The notes under the pieces were generated by a model. That model did not search any database, was not told the DNA's origin, and saw only the letters and a list, made by a program, of their open reading frames with translations. A program made the translations under genes and the position numbers. Of a stretch of 64,000 nucleotides of DNA, positions 1-8,953 are shown one piece after another; position 1 is the first letter of the stretch; each line of letters starts with the position of its first letter. The DNA is from an uncultured Bacteroidales bacterium. Its GTDB lineage: Bacteria > Bacteroidota > Bacteroidia > Bacteroidales > Muribaculaceae. Where the stretch lies: the NCBI GenBank assembly GCA_958423255.1, contig CATZQR010000003.1:65440-129439 (forward strand), given 5' to 3'.

Positions 1-419
1 ACACTACCCCGTCGGGCGACGTCGTCACCACTTTCGACGTGCGCCTCACCGAACCCAACCGGCAGCCGGCTCTCGAACCCCGCGCTCTCCACGCCATGGA
101 GCATCTGGCCGCCACGTTCCTGCGCAACCACCCCGTGTGGGGCCCGAAAATCGTCTACTGGGGCCCGATGGGTTGCTGCACGGGCAACTACCTTATCGTG
201 CAGGGCGCCCTCGAATCCGCCGACATACTCCCGCTCGTGCGCGAGACCATGGAATTCGTGGCAACATTCGATGGCGACATCCCCGGCGCCACTCCGCGCG
301 ACTGCGGCAACTACTCCTTCATGGACCTCGACGGCGCCCGCAAGGCCGCACGCACCTATCTCGACGAAGTCCTCGCCTGCCCCACCACGGCCAACCTCGC
401 CTATCCCACCGATTTATAA
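1..419 (+). CDS. luxS: S-ribosylhomocysteine lyase LuxS (5' partial, continues left of window)
   Basis: In-frame from nt 3. It carries the LuxS metal-binding motif HxxEHL (HAMEHLAATFLRNH) and the conserved FDVRLTEPN segment. It ends at TAA 417-419. Confidence 0.8.
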   Translation, partial: TTPSGDVVTTFDVRLTEPNRQPALEPRALHAMEHLAATFLRNHPVWGPKIVYWGPMGCCTGNYLIVQGALESADILPLVRETMEFVATFDGDIPGATPRDCGNYSFMDLDGARKAARTYLDEVLACPTTANLAYPTDL

Positions 420-462
420 AAATTTATAAAAACCGGTAAGCGATTATTTTGTAGGATTTTGT

Positions 463-470
463 AATTTTGC
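463..470 (+). promoter_or_regulatory. Bacteroidota sigmaA -7 box TAATTTTG (within the 10-mer TAATTTTGCG) upstream of coaX
   Basis: Matches the Bacteroidetes TAnnTTTG consensus and lies 29 bp before the coaX ATG. The same 10-mer recurs at 16401, 21246 and 29132. Confidence 0.35.
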
Positions 471-498
471 GTAATAATCCGAAAACCACAGCCCCGAA

Positions 499-1215
499 AT
501 GGGATTGAACATAACAATCGACCAAGGCAACAGCTCGGTAAAAGTAGCCATCTGGGATGGCACGCATCTCGTTGAGGAAGAAAACCTCAAGGAGCTCACA
601 CGCCAGCAGCTGGCCCGGATCGTCGACCGTTTCCGCCCCGGGCGCGCCCTCTGCTGCTCCGTGACGGGCAACGGACGCCGCTACGTGCAGTGGCTCAACG
701 CCGCAGGCGTCGACGCCGCCGAAGTGAGTCTGGCCATGCCCCTGCCCCTGCAGTTCGACTACGCCACCCCCTCGACGCTCGGCGCCGACCGCATCGCCGC
801 GGCCGCAGGCGCCTGGAGCCTGATGCCCGGCCGCAATATGCTCGTGGTCGACATGGGTACAGCCGTGACCTACGATTTCGTCAGCGCCGAAGGCCGCTTC
901 AAAGGAGGCAACATCGCACCGGGAATCGGCATGCGCCTGCGCTCGCTCCACAACTACACCGCACGCCTCCCCGAGGTGAACGGCTACGGCGATATCCCCC
1001 TGCTCGGAGTCGACACCGCCTCGGCCATGCGCGCCGGAGCCGTACGCGGCGTGGTCGCCGAAATCTGCTACTACCGCTCCCAACTCCCGGAAGGCACCGA
1101 AGTGGTGCTCACCGGCGGATGGGCAAAGCATGTGGCATCGTTCCTTCCCTTCGAGGCCACAATCGACAAATGCCTGGTCACCAAGGGACTGCTTAGCATT
1201 CTTCTGAATTGTTGA
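499..1215 (+). CDS. coaX: type III pantothenate kinase
   Basis: 238 aa. It has the ASKHA-fold motifs (IDQGNSSVKVA, GADRIAAA, DMGTAVTYD) typical of CoaX/Bvg accessory factor. Confidence 0.85.
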   Translation: MGLNITIDQGNSSVKVAIWDGTHLVEEENLKELTRQQLARIVDRFRPGRALCCSVTGNGRRYVQWLNAAGVDAAEVSLAMPLPLQFDYATPSTLGADRIAAAAGAWSLMPGRNMLVVDMGTAVTYDFVSAEGRFKGGNIAPGIGMRLRSLHNYTARLPEVNGYGDIPLLGVDTASAMRAGAVRGVVAEICYYRSQLPEGTEVVLTGGWAKHVASFLPFEATIDKCLVTKGLLSILLNC

Positions 1216-1218
1216 AAA

Positions 1219-2460
1219 ATGAAAATATCCAGACTAATCGCGGCCGCTGTCGGCCTGCTCGCCGCCGCCTCAGGCGCAATCGCCCAGAACAACACCATTA
1301 GCCCCTATTCGCGTTTCGGCTACGGTCTGCTCTCCGACCAGGCCAACACCGTGCAGAAATCGATGGGCGGCGTGGGCATCGCCATGCGCTCCGGCCGCCA
1401 GATCAACTTCATGAACCCGGCCAGCTACGCCGGCATGGACTCGCTCACCTTCCTGTTCGACATGGGCCTCGACATCAAGACCCTCCGCACTACCGAGGGC
1501 AACGAGAGCGGAAAGAACTTCACGGGCGGCCTCAACTACATCACCATGCAGGTGCCCCTCACCAAATGGCTCGGAGCCTCGGCCGGCCTCATCCCCTTCT
1601 CGCAGGTAGGCTACAGTTTCGGCGACGAAATCGTCAACGGCACCGACTCGCGCACCGGCTCCGGAGCTCTCAACCAGCTGTATTTCGGCCTGGGCGCACG
1701 CCCCGTGAAAGGCCTCTCGGTCGGTGTCAACGTCAGCTACCTCTTCGGTACGCTCATCAACGACACCTACGTCTACAGCGGCTCCACAACCTCGCTCTTC
1801 GAGCGCGTGATCGAGGTGCGCGACTACAACCTCCGCTTCGGCGCCCAATACGGCCACTCCATTGCACCGGGCCACTACCTCACCGTAGGCGCCGTCTACT
1901 CCCCCAAGAAATCCTTCCGCGGCAAGACCTACGGAGTGAAATACGACGTCAACGCCGACCAGGCGCCCGACACCATCGCCGACATCCGCCTGAACGGCAA
2001 CGCCCAGATGGCCGAGACCTGGGGCGTGGGCCTCAACTACCAGTGGGGCGGACGCCTCATGGCCGAAGTCGACTTCACCTACCAGCCCTGGAAAAAGGTG
2101 AAGTTCGCCGCAATCGACGGCTTCGACAATCCCGACAAATTCAACGACCGCTGGAAACTCGGCCTCGGCCTGCAGTGGGTGACGCGACAGCGCGGCAGCT
2201 GGCTACAGCGCGTAAACTACCGCCTCGGCGGCTACTACAGCAACGACTACATCAAGGTGGGCGACAACGGCGTGCGCGAATACGGACTGTCGCTCGGCTT
2301 CGGACTGCCCGCGCCATCGTCGAAAACCATGGTGAACCTCAGTTTCGAATACCGCCACCGCCAGGCCCACCCCGCCCCGCTGGTGAAGGAAAACTACTTC
2401 GTGGTGACCCTCGGCGTGAACTTCAACGAGCTCTGGTTCTTCCGCAACAAGCTGCGCTAA
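1219..2460 (+). CDS. outer-membrane beta-barrel protein, hypothetical (weak PorP/SprF-like NPAxYAG motif)
   Basis: 413 aa with a signal peptide (AAASGAIA/QN). The composition is Gly/Tyr-rich with alternating hydrophobicity. It starts 3 bp after the coaX stop. Confidence 0.5.
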   Translation: MKISRLIAAAVGLLAAASGAIAQNNTISPYSRFGYGLLSDQANTVQKSMGGVGIAMRSGRQINFMNPASYAGMDSLTFLFDMGLDIKTLRTTEGNESGKNFTGGLNYITMQVPLTKWLGASAGLIPFSQVGYSFGDEIVNGTDSRTGSGALNQLYFGLGARPVKGLSVGVNVSYLFGTLINDTYVYSGSTTSLFERVIEVRDYNLRFGAQYGHSIAPGHYLTVGAVYSPKKSFRGKTYGVKYDVNADQAPDTIADIRLNGNAQMAETWGVGLNYQWGGRLMAEVDFTYQPWKKVKFAAIDGFDNPDKFNDRWKLGLGLQWVTRQRGSWLQRVNYRLGGYYSNDYIKVGDNGVREYGLSLGFGLPAPSSKTMVNLSFEYRHRQAHPAPLVKENYFVVTLGVNFNELWFFRNKLR

Positions 2461-2497
2461 GCCCCGGTACCACAATCCCACGTTCCCAACCGTCAAG

Positions 2498-3175
2498 ATG
2501 GCTTCCGGACACAAAATGCACATGCGGCTTCTGCCGCTGATCGCCATGATGGCGGCTGCCGCCGCAGCCGTCACATCTGCATGTTCCGACGATAAGCGCG
2601 AAACAATCTCCATCTCGGCCGACCCGGAGACATTCCCGACCATGCGTACCGTCAACGTCTCTACCCTCATCAGCGACTCGGGCTACACACGCTACCACAT
2701 CACCACCCCGCTCTGGCTGATGTATGAGGAAGCCGCCGAGCCCCACTGGAACTTTCCCGGAGGCCTCTTCATCGTGCAGTTCAACGATTCCATGCAGGAA
2801 AGCGGCATATTCACCGCCGACACCGCCACATACTTCAGCCTCAAGAAGATATGGCGTTTCGACCGCAACGTGCGCATGAAGAACATCGACGGCGACCGCT
2901 TCCGCACCCAGCAGCTCTTCTGGGACCAGAACACGAGAAAAGTCTACTCCGATTCGTTCATACACATAGAGCGCGCCGACCGCACCATCGAGGGCTACGG
3001 CTTCATCTCCAACGAGAGCATGACCGACTACACCATCCGCCGGCCCTCGGGCATTTTCCCCACCAATGCTTTCATGGGCGGCGACGGGCGCGACAAGAAC
3101 TCATCGCCGGACGCCGCCACACCCCCGGCTCCCGACAACACCAACAACGACAACAACACACCCCATCAGCAGTGA
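2498..3175 (+). CDS. LptC-like (OstA-fold) periplasmic lipoprotein
   Basis: 225 aa with a lipoprotein signal (AVTSAC/SDD). The beta-rich core resembles the LptC family. The C-terminal tail is Asn/Pro/Thr-rich. Confidence 0.5.
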   Translation: MASGHKMHMRLLPLIAMMAAAAAAVTSACSDDKRETISISADPETFPTMRTVNVSTLISDSGYTRYHITTPLWLMYEEAAEPHWNFPGGLFIVQFNDSMQESGIFTADTATYFSLKKIWRFDRNVRMKNIDGDRFRTQQLFWDQNTRKVYSDSFIHIERADRTIEGYGFISNESMTDYTIRRPSGIFPTNAFMGGDGRDKNSSPDAATPPAPDNTNNDNNTPHQQ

Positions 3176-4455
3176 TCGACACTTCCTGGCTCATAATCAC
3201 AATCATCTCCCTGGCATTCTCCGCCCTCTTCTCGGGCATCGAGATAGCCTTCGTCACCTCCGACCGCGTGCGCGTGGAGCTCGACATCCAGAAGGGAGGC
3301 TTCATCGGCCGAGTATTTAACATATTCTACTCCCGGTCGGAATTCTTCATCTCCACCATCCTGGTGGGCAACAACATCATGCTCGTGATCTACGGCATGG
3401 GCGCCGCCAAGATGATCGAGCCGTGGCTCGAAGGTATCTACCCCAACCAGGCCTTCGTGCTCATCTGCCAGACGCTCATCTCCACCGGCATCATCCTGCT
3501 CACCGGCGAGTTCCTCCCCAAATCCATATTCCGCATCAACCCCAACCGCTCGATGCGCGTGGTGGCACCGCTCTCGGCCTCGTTCTATTTCATCCTCTAT
3601 CCCATCTCGCTCTTCACCACCTGGCTCTCCAAGGCCCTGATGAAGATTTTCGGCATACGCAGTGAAAACGTCAAGCTCGGCGCCATATCCATCGGCGACC
3701 TCAACGAATACCTCGAGCAGACCATCGACGAGACCGCAGCCGAGCAGACCGAAGTCGAAAACGAGGTGAAGATTTTCCACAACGCTCTCGACTTCTCCGA
3801 GACACATCTGCGCGACTGCATGATTCCGCGCAACGAAATAGTGGCCGTCGACATCGACGAAACCTCCCGCCAGCAGCTCAGCGAACTTTTCACCAGCTCC
3901 GGCCGTTCAAAAATCATAGTATACCGCGAGGATATCGACAACGTGCTCGGCTACATCCACGTCAGCGAGCTATTCCAGCCCGAATGCGACTGGCGCGAAC
4001 ATCTCAAGCCCGTGGTCTACGCCCCGGAGACCCTCATGGCCAATAAGATGATGCGCCGGCTTCTGGCCGAAAAGCGTTCCATCGCCATCATCGTCGACGA
4101 GTTCGGAGGAACCGCCGGTATGGTCACCCTCGAGGACCTCGTGGAGGAGATTTTCGGCGACATACAGGACGAACACGACACCACACGCCTTGTAGAGCGC
4201 ACCATAGCTCCCGACACCTACGAATTTTCCGGCCGTATAGAAATCGAATATCTCAACGACAAATACCACCTCGACATACCCGAGGACGACGAATACCAGA
4301 CCCTTGCGGGCTACATTCTATGCAAGACCGGCCAGATTCCTGCCGTCGGAGCCATAGTGGAACTCGACAGTTTCCGCCTCGAGGTTGTCGAGAAATCGGC
4401 CAACCGCCTGGAGCTCATCCGCCTCACGGTAATCGACCGCCAGCCCAAAAATTGA
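3172..4455 (+). CDS. CNNM-transmembrane / CBS-pair / CorC_HlyC family protein (TlyC/GldE-like)
   Basis: It has four N-terminal TM helices, then a CBS pair, then a C-terminal CorC_HlyC domain. I place the start at GTG 3172, which overlaps the upstream stop. The track ORF from 2851 is an out-of-context upstream extension. Confidence 0.75.
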   Translation: MIDTSWLIITIISLAFSALFSGIEIAFVTSDRVRVELDIQKGGFIGRVFNIFYSRSEFFISTILVGNNIMLVIYGMGAAKMIEPWLEGIYPNQAFVLICQTLISTGIILLTGEFLPKSIFRINPNRSMRVVAPLSASFYFILYPISLFTTWLSKALMKIFGIRSENVKLGAISIGDLNEYLEQTIDETAAEQTEVENEVKIFHNALDFSETHLRDCMIPRNEIVAVDIDETSRQQLSELFTSSGRSKIIVYREDIDNVLGYIHVSELFQPECDWREHLKPVVYAPETLMANKMMRRLLAEKRSIAIIVDEFGGTAGMVTLEDLVEEIFGDIQDEHDTTRLVERTIAPDTYEFSGRIEIEYLNDKYHLDIPEDDEYQTLAGYILCKTGQIPAVGAIVELDSFRLEVVEKSANRLELIRLTVIDRQPKN

Positions 4456-5727
4456 ATGAAAGAATTAGTAATCAGCAAAGAAACCACCGAACGCGCAGTG
4501 CTCGTGGGCCTCATTACCCAGCAGCAGAGCGAACAAAAGGTGAAGGAATATCTCGACGAACTTGAATTTCTCGCCGACACGGCCGGCGCGCAGGTTGTGG
4601 CACGCTTCACCCAGAAGGTGGAGAACCCCAATCCTCGCACGTTTGTCGGTCAGGGCAAACTGGCTGAAATCAAGGAATTCGTAGAGAAAAACGAAATAGG
4701 AATGGCCATTTTCGACGACGATCTCTCGTCGAAGCAGGTGGCCAATATCGAAAAGGAGCTGCAGATCAAGATTCTCGACCGCTCCAGCCTGATTCTCGAC
4801 ATTTTCGCCAAGCGCGCGCAGACCGCCACGGCCAAGACGCAGGTCGAACTTGCACAGTACCAGTATCTTCTCCCACGCCTGACGCGTATGTGGACCCACC
4901 TTGAGCGCCAGCGCGGCGGTATCGGCATGCGCGGTCCCGGCGAAACGCAGATCGAGACCGACCGACGCATAATCCTGCGCCGCATCTCGCTGCTCAAGGA
5001 GGAGCTGCGCGACATCGACCGCCAGAAGACGCTCCAGCGCAAAAACCGTGGCAAGCTCACCCGTGTAGCCCTCGTGGGTTACACCAACGTGGGCAAATCC
5101 ACGCTGATGAACTTGCTGAGCAAGAGCGATGTATTCGCCGAAAACAAGCTTTTCGCCACGCTCGACACCACCGTGCGCAAGGTCACGATCGAAAACCTCC
5201 CCTTCCTGCTCACCGATACCGTCGGCTTCATCCGCAAGCTCCCCACCCATCTGGTAGAGTCGTTCAAGTCGACCCTCGACGAGGTGCGCGACGCCGACCT
5301 GCTCGTCCATGTGGTCGACATAAGCCATCCGCAATTCGAGGAGCAGATCGAGGTTGTCAACAAGACCCTCGCCGAGGTCTGCGGCTCCGCCGACAAACCG
5401 ATGATTGTGGTTTTCAACAAGATAGACGCGTATACCCACGTTCCCAAGGATGACGACGACCTCACGCCGCGCACCCGCGCGAACATTCCGCTCGAAGAAC
5501 TGAAAACCACCTGGATGAACCGCCTCGAGCAGGGCAACTGTGTATTTGTCTCGGCAAAAAAAGGTATCAATATCGACGAATTGAAGGACGCCATCTACGC
5601 CAAGGCGCGCGAAATCCACTCCCAGCGCTTCCCCTACAACGATTTCCTCTACCAGAAATACGACGACCTCGAACTCCCCGCTCCGGAAACTTCAGCCACA
5701 TCCGACACATCAGAAACACCACAATAA
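4456..5727 (+). CDS. hflX: GTPase HflX
   Basis: 423 aa. It has the HflX N-domain and the G1 motif GYTNVGKST. Its ATG abuts the upstream TGA (TGAATG). Confidence 0.9.
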   Translation: MKELVISKETTERAVLVGLITQQQSEQKVKEYLDELEFLADTAGAQVVARFTQKVENPNPRTFVGQGKLAEIKEFVEKNEIGMAIFDDDLSSKQVANIEKELQIKILDRSSLILDIFAKRAQTATAKTQVELAQYQYLLPRLTRMWTHLERQRGGIGMRGPGETQIETDRRIILRRISLLKEELRDIDRQKTLQRKNRGKLTRVALVGYTNVGKSTLMNLLSKSDVFAENKLFATLDTTVRKVTIENLPFLLTDTVGFIRKLPTHLVESFKSTLDEVRDADLLVHVVDISHPQFEEQIEVVNKTLAEVCGSADKPMIVVFNKIDAYTHVPKDDDDLTPRTRANIPLEELKTTWMNRLEQGNCVFVSAKKGINIDELKDAIYAKAREIHSQRFPYNDFLYQKYDDLELPAPETSATSDTSETPQ

Positions 5728-5755
5728 CCCATCTCCCTCCCGCTCATTATCGCCA

Positions 5756-7138
5756 ATGGAATCAGAATCAACCAAATACGCCGCCAATGGCGACGCCATG
5801 CAGTGGCGTCGGCTGATCAGCGACCGCCGCTTCGGCATGGAGGACTACCACCGCACCGACGGCGGCAGCGGCACGCGCTCTGATTTCCAGCGCGATTTCG
5901 ACCGGCTGGTGTTCTCCTCACCCTTCCGCCGGCTGCAGAACAAGACGCAGGTATTCCCCCTTCCGGGCAGTATATTCGTCCACAACCGCCTTACCCACAG
6001 CATGGAAGTATCGTCGGTGGGCCGGTCGATGGCCAACGTGATAGCCGGCGCCCTGCGCCCGCGCTACGCCGACACGCCCGACGCCGTGGCTCTCGACTCC
6101 ATCGGCGAAATTGTCGGCGCGGCCTGTCTGGCCCACGACCTCGGCAACCCTCCCTTCGGCCATTCGGGCGAGACGGCCATCTCCACCTTCTTTTCCGAAG
6201 GCGCCGGTGCCGACCTCCAGGCCGAGCTTATCCCCGAGCAATGGGCCGACCTGATCCATTTCGAAGGCAACGCCAACGCCCTGAGGCTGCTGACCCACCA
6301 GTTCAACGGCCGACGCAAGGGAGGTTTCGCCATGACCTACAGCATGCTGGCCTCCATCGTGAAATACCCCTTCAGTTCCACCATGGCCGGCACACGCAAT
6401 AAATTCGGATTTTTCACCACCGAGCGCGAGGCGTTCGGCCGCATCGCCGCGCATCTCGGGCTACTGCAGTCGGAACAAACGCCACTCGGAGTGCGCTACG
6501 CCCGCCATCCGCTGGTCTACATTGTCGAGGCCGCCGACGACATCTGCTACGAGGTAATGGACATCGAGGACGCCCACAAGCTCAAGATTCTTCCCACTGC
6601 CGAGGTGAAGCAGCTGCTGCTCGATTTCTTCGACCAGGAGCGTCAGCGCCGCTGCCTGGAGGTGATGGCGATGATTTCCGACCCCAACGAACAGATAGGC
6701 TATCTCCGTTCGGGCGTAATCGGGCTGCTCGTGGAGAGCTGCGCGAATGCCTTCGTGGAGCATGAACAGGAGATTCTTCGCGGACGCTTCCAGGGGCAGC
6801 TGCTCAAGCACGTGCCCGAGCGCGTGCGCCGCGCCTACGAAGCCTGCAACGCCCTGTCGTGGGAGCGGATATACCGCGCCCCCGACGTGGTCGACATCGA
6901 GCTGGCAGGCAACCGCATCATCACCTTCCTGATGGAGAAACTGATTCACGCCGTGCGCAACCCTCAGCTCAACTACTCGCGCCTGCTGCTCTCGCAAGTG
7001 CCCCAGCAATACGACGTTCACGCCGACGACCTTTTCACAAAAATCCAGGCCGTGCTCGACCACATCTCGGGCATGACCGACGTCTACGCCCTCGACCTCT
7101 ACCGCCGCCTCAACGGCCTGAGCCTTCCGGCCGTATAA
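5756..7138 (+). CDS. dgt: dGTP triphosphohydrolase-like HD-domain protein
   Basis: 460 aa. It carries HD-domain motifs (NRLTHSMEV, AHDLGNPPFGH) and the dGTPase family architecture. Confidence 0.85.
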   Translation: MESESTKYAANGDAMQWRRLISDRRFGMEDYHRTDGGSGTRSDFQRDFDRLVFSSPFRRLQNKTQVFPLPGSIFVHNRLTHSMEVSSVGRSMANVIAGALRPRYADTPDAVALDSIGEIVGAACLAHDLGNPPFGHSGETAISTFFSEGAGADLQAELIPEQWADLIHFEGNANALRLLTHQFNGRRKGGFAMTYSMLASIVKYPFSSTMAGTRNKFGFFTTEREAFGRIAAHLGLLQSEQTPLGVRYARHPLVYIVEAADDICYEVMDIEDAHKLKILPTAEVKQLLLDFFDQERQRRCLEVMAMISDPNEQIGYLRSGVIGLLVESCANAFVEHEQEILRGRFQGQLLKHVPERVRRAYEACNALSWERIYRAPDVVDIELAGNRIITFLMEKLIHAVRNPQLNYSRLLLSQVPQQYDVHADDLFTKIQAVLDHISGMTDVYALDLYRRLNGLSLPAV

Positions 7139-7223
7139 TCAATCCCCAAGCGCTCTTTTTCAGGCGTTTCCCTCTATTTTGTTTTCGTGCCGGGCGCTTG
7201 CGTCCGGGTTAAATATATCCAAT

Positions 7224-8465
7224 ATGCATCGCCTTCTCTCATACCTGCTCTTTCTGATCTGGCTTCCCGCCGCGGCCCTCACAACCAAAGATATAGACAA
7301 CGTACACGTTGCCGACCGCACGCGCTTCGTAAGCGATATGGCCGGCGCCATGAGCGCGCCTGCGCGCGCCCGGGCCGACTCCCTGCTCCAGTCGATATGG
7401 CGCCAGACCTCGGCCGAGCCGGTTGTGGTAATCGTCCCCTCGCTCGACGGCGAGGATATCGACGACTTCGCCACTGAGTTATTCTCCGACTGGGGAATCG
7501 GCAAGGACGACCGCGATAACGGCGTGCTGATGCTAATCTCCATCGGCGACCGGAAGGCGGTGATTCGCACCGGTTACGGCACCGAGGGTATATTGCCCGA
7601 CGTGGTCTGCGGCCGCATTATCCGCAATGAGATGGCCCAGCGCTTCCGCGAGGACGACTACGACGGCGGTATTCTCGCCTCCCTGCAGACCATGCAGGCG
7701 GCAATGACCTCCGACGAGGCCCGCGCCGAACTGATGTCCGACAAAGCCAACGACGCCACGGCCGACGAGTTCGACGCCGACGAGGCGTTCGACATCTACT
7801 GGAAGATATGTGTGGCGCTCGGCATGCTTGGGCTTCTTGCCGTAATTATCGCCTATCTCGGCGTGCGCAGGCTCCCGACTTCCCGGGCCTACGCCACATT
7901 CGAGAACACTCGCCTGGGGCTGCTCGTGGCCTCTTTCCTCTCGCTCGGCTGCCTCTTCCCGGCCTATTTTCTTATGCTGGCATTCCAGCGCCACATACGC
8001 CTCCACAAGCGGCTCTGCCCCAACTGCAACACTCGTATGCTGCGCGTCGACGAGGACAACGACAACGCCTATCTGACGGCCAGTCAGGACGCCGAGGAAC
8101 GTCTCGACTCCGTAGACTACGACGTATGGCTCTGCCCCGACTGCGGCGAGACCGACATCATCCCCTACGTGAACCCCAAGAAAAACTATACGGAGTGCCC
8201 CTCCTGCCATGCGCGGGCATGCACCCTCGTAAACCGCCGCACGATTCTGGCGCCCACCACCCGCCGCGAGGGGCGTGGCATCGAGGAATACGTATGCCTC
8301 AACTGCCGCAGGCGCTACGAGAAGCCCTACACCATCGCCAAAGAGGCAGTAGCCCCGATAATCATCGGCGGAGGAGGCTTCGGCAGCGGAGGCGGAGGCG
8401 GATTCAGCGGCGGCTCCTTCGGCGGAGGCATGACCGGCGGCGGTGGCGCCTCCGGCGGCTGGTAA
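7224..8465 (+). CDS. TPM (TLP18.3/Psb32/MOLO-1) domain membrane protein with Cys4 zinc ribbon and Gly-rich tail
   Basis: It has a signal peptide, then a TPM phosphatase-like domain, then two TM helices. A CxxC...CxxC...CxxC...CxxC region follows, ending in a GGGGFGSGGGGGFSGG...GGW tail. Confidence 0.7.
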   Translation: MHRLLSYLLFLIWLPAAALTTKDIDNVHVADRTRFVSDMAGAMSAPARARADSLLQSIWRQTSAEPVVVIVPSLDGEDIDDFATELFSDWGIGKDDRDNGVLMLISIGDRKAVIRTGYGTEGILPDVVCGRIIRNEMAQRFREDDYDGGILASLQTMQAAMTSDEARAELMSDKANDATADEFDADEAFDIYWKICVALGMLGLLAVIIAYLGVRRLPTSRAYATFENTRLGLLVASFLSLGCLFPAYFLMLAFQRHIRLHKRLCPNCNTRMLRVDEDNDNAYLTASQDAEERLDSVDYDVWLCPDCGETDIIPYVNPKKNYTECPSCHARACTLVNRRTILAPTTRREGRGIEEYVCLNCRRRYEKPYTIAKEAVAPIIIGGGGFGSGGGGGFSGGSFGGGMTGGGGASGGW

Positions 8466-8953
8466 TCCCGCTTTATCAATCAGAGTATTTGTAGTAGAAT
8501 AGTATGGAAATACGCCGACGTGTAGATATTGTTCAGTAGAGGCCGGAGGAGGTTCATCCCTTCCACGCGATTGCGTGCATTGTAGGAATGTATGCTGCTA
8601 TCCCAGGAAATACTTGCCATAAACGTTGAGCAACTCTCTGAAACTTCGGAAGGAATGACTGGATTTATTGCTTTTATAAAAAAGTGTCCACCATTTTGGC
8701 GTTTTTGATAAAATTAACTAATTTCGTCGCGATAACAATGGCACGTACAAGTCTATATGAGATTTTGTCTTGTCTGTGTTGTCAAAAAACAAATTTCTGG
8801 ACTCCACCATAATCTATACCTTCGCAACAGAAGCAAATAGAAGTTCCAATCTTTGTAAAAAAACGCGAACTATACAAAACAATCTTCATTCAGTATTCAA
8901 TTCATCCTGTATTCAATACGGCTATTGTAATTTAACTTTAAAATCTCATTATC

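Noticed and set aside
690-1196. ORF beginning MAQRRRRRRRRSESG, and similar Arg-rich ORFs (1566-2540, 15440-16201, 32160-32939)
   Set aside because: These are alternative-frame artefacts inside coaX, the OMP, purF and the RND permease. Their composition is driven by GC-rich codons.
2851-3171. Upstream part of track ORF 2851-4455 (MAFRPQRAHEEHRRR...)
   Set aside because: It overlaps the LptC-like gene in another frame, with an Arg/His-rich nonsense translation. The CNNM domain begins at GTG 3172.
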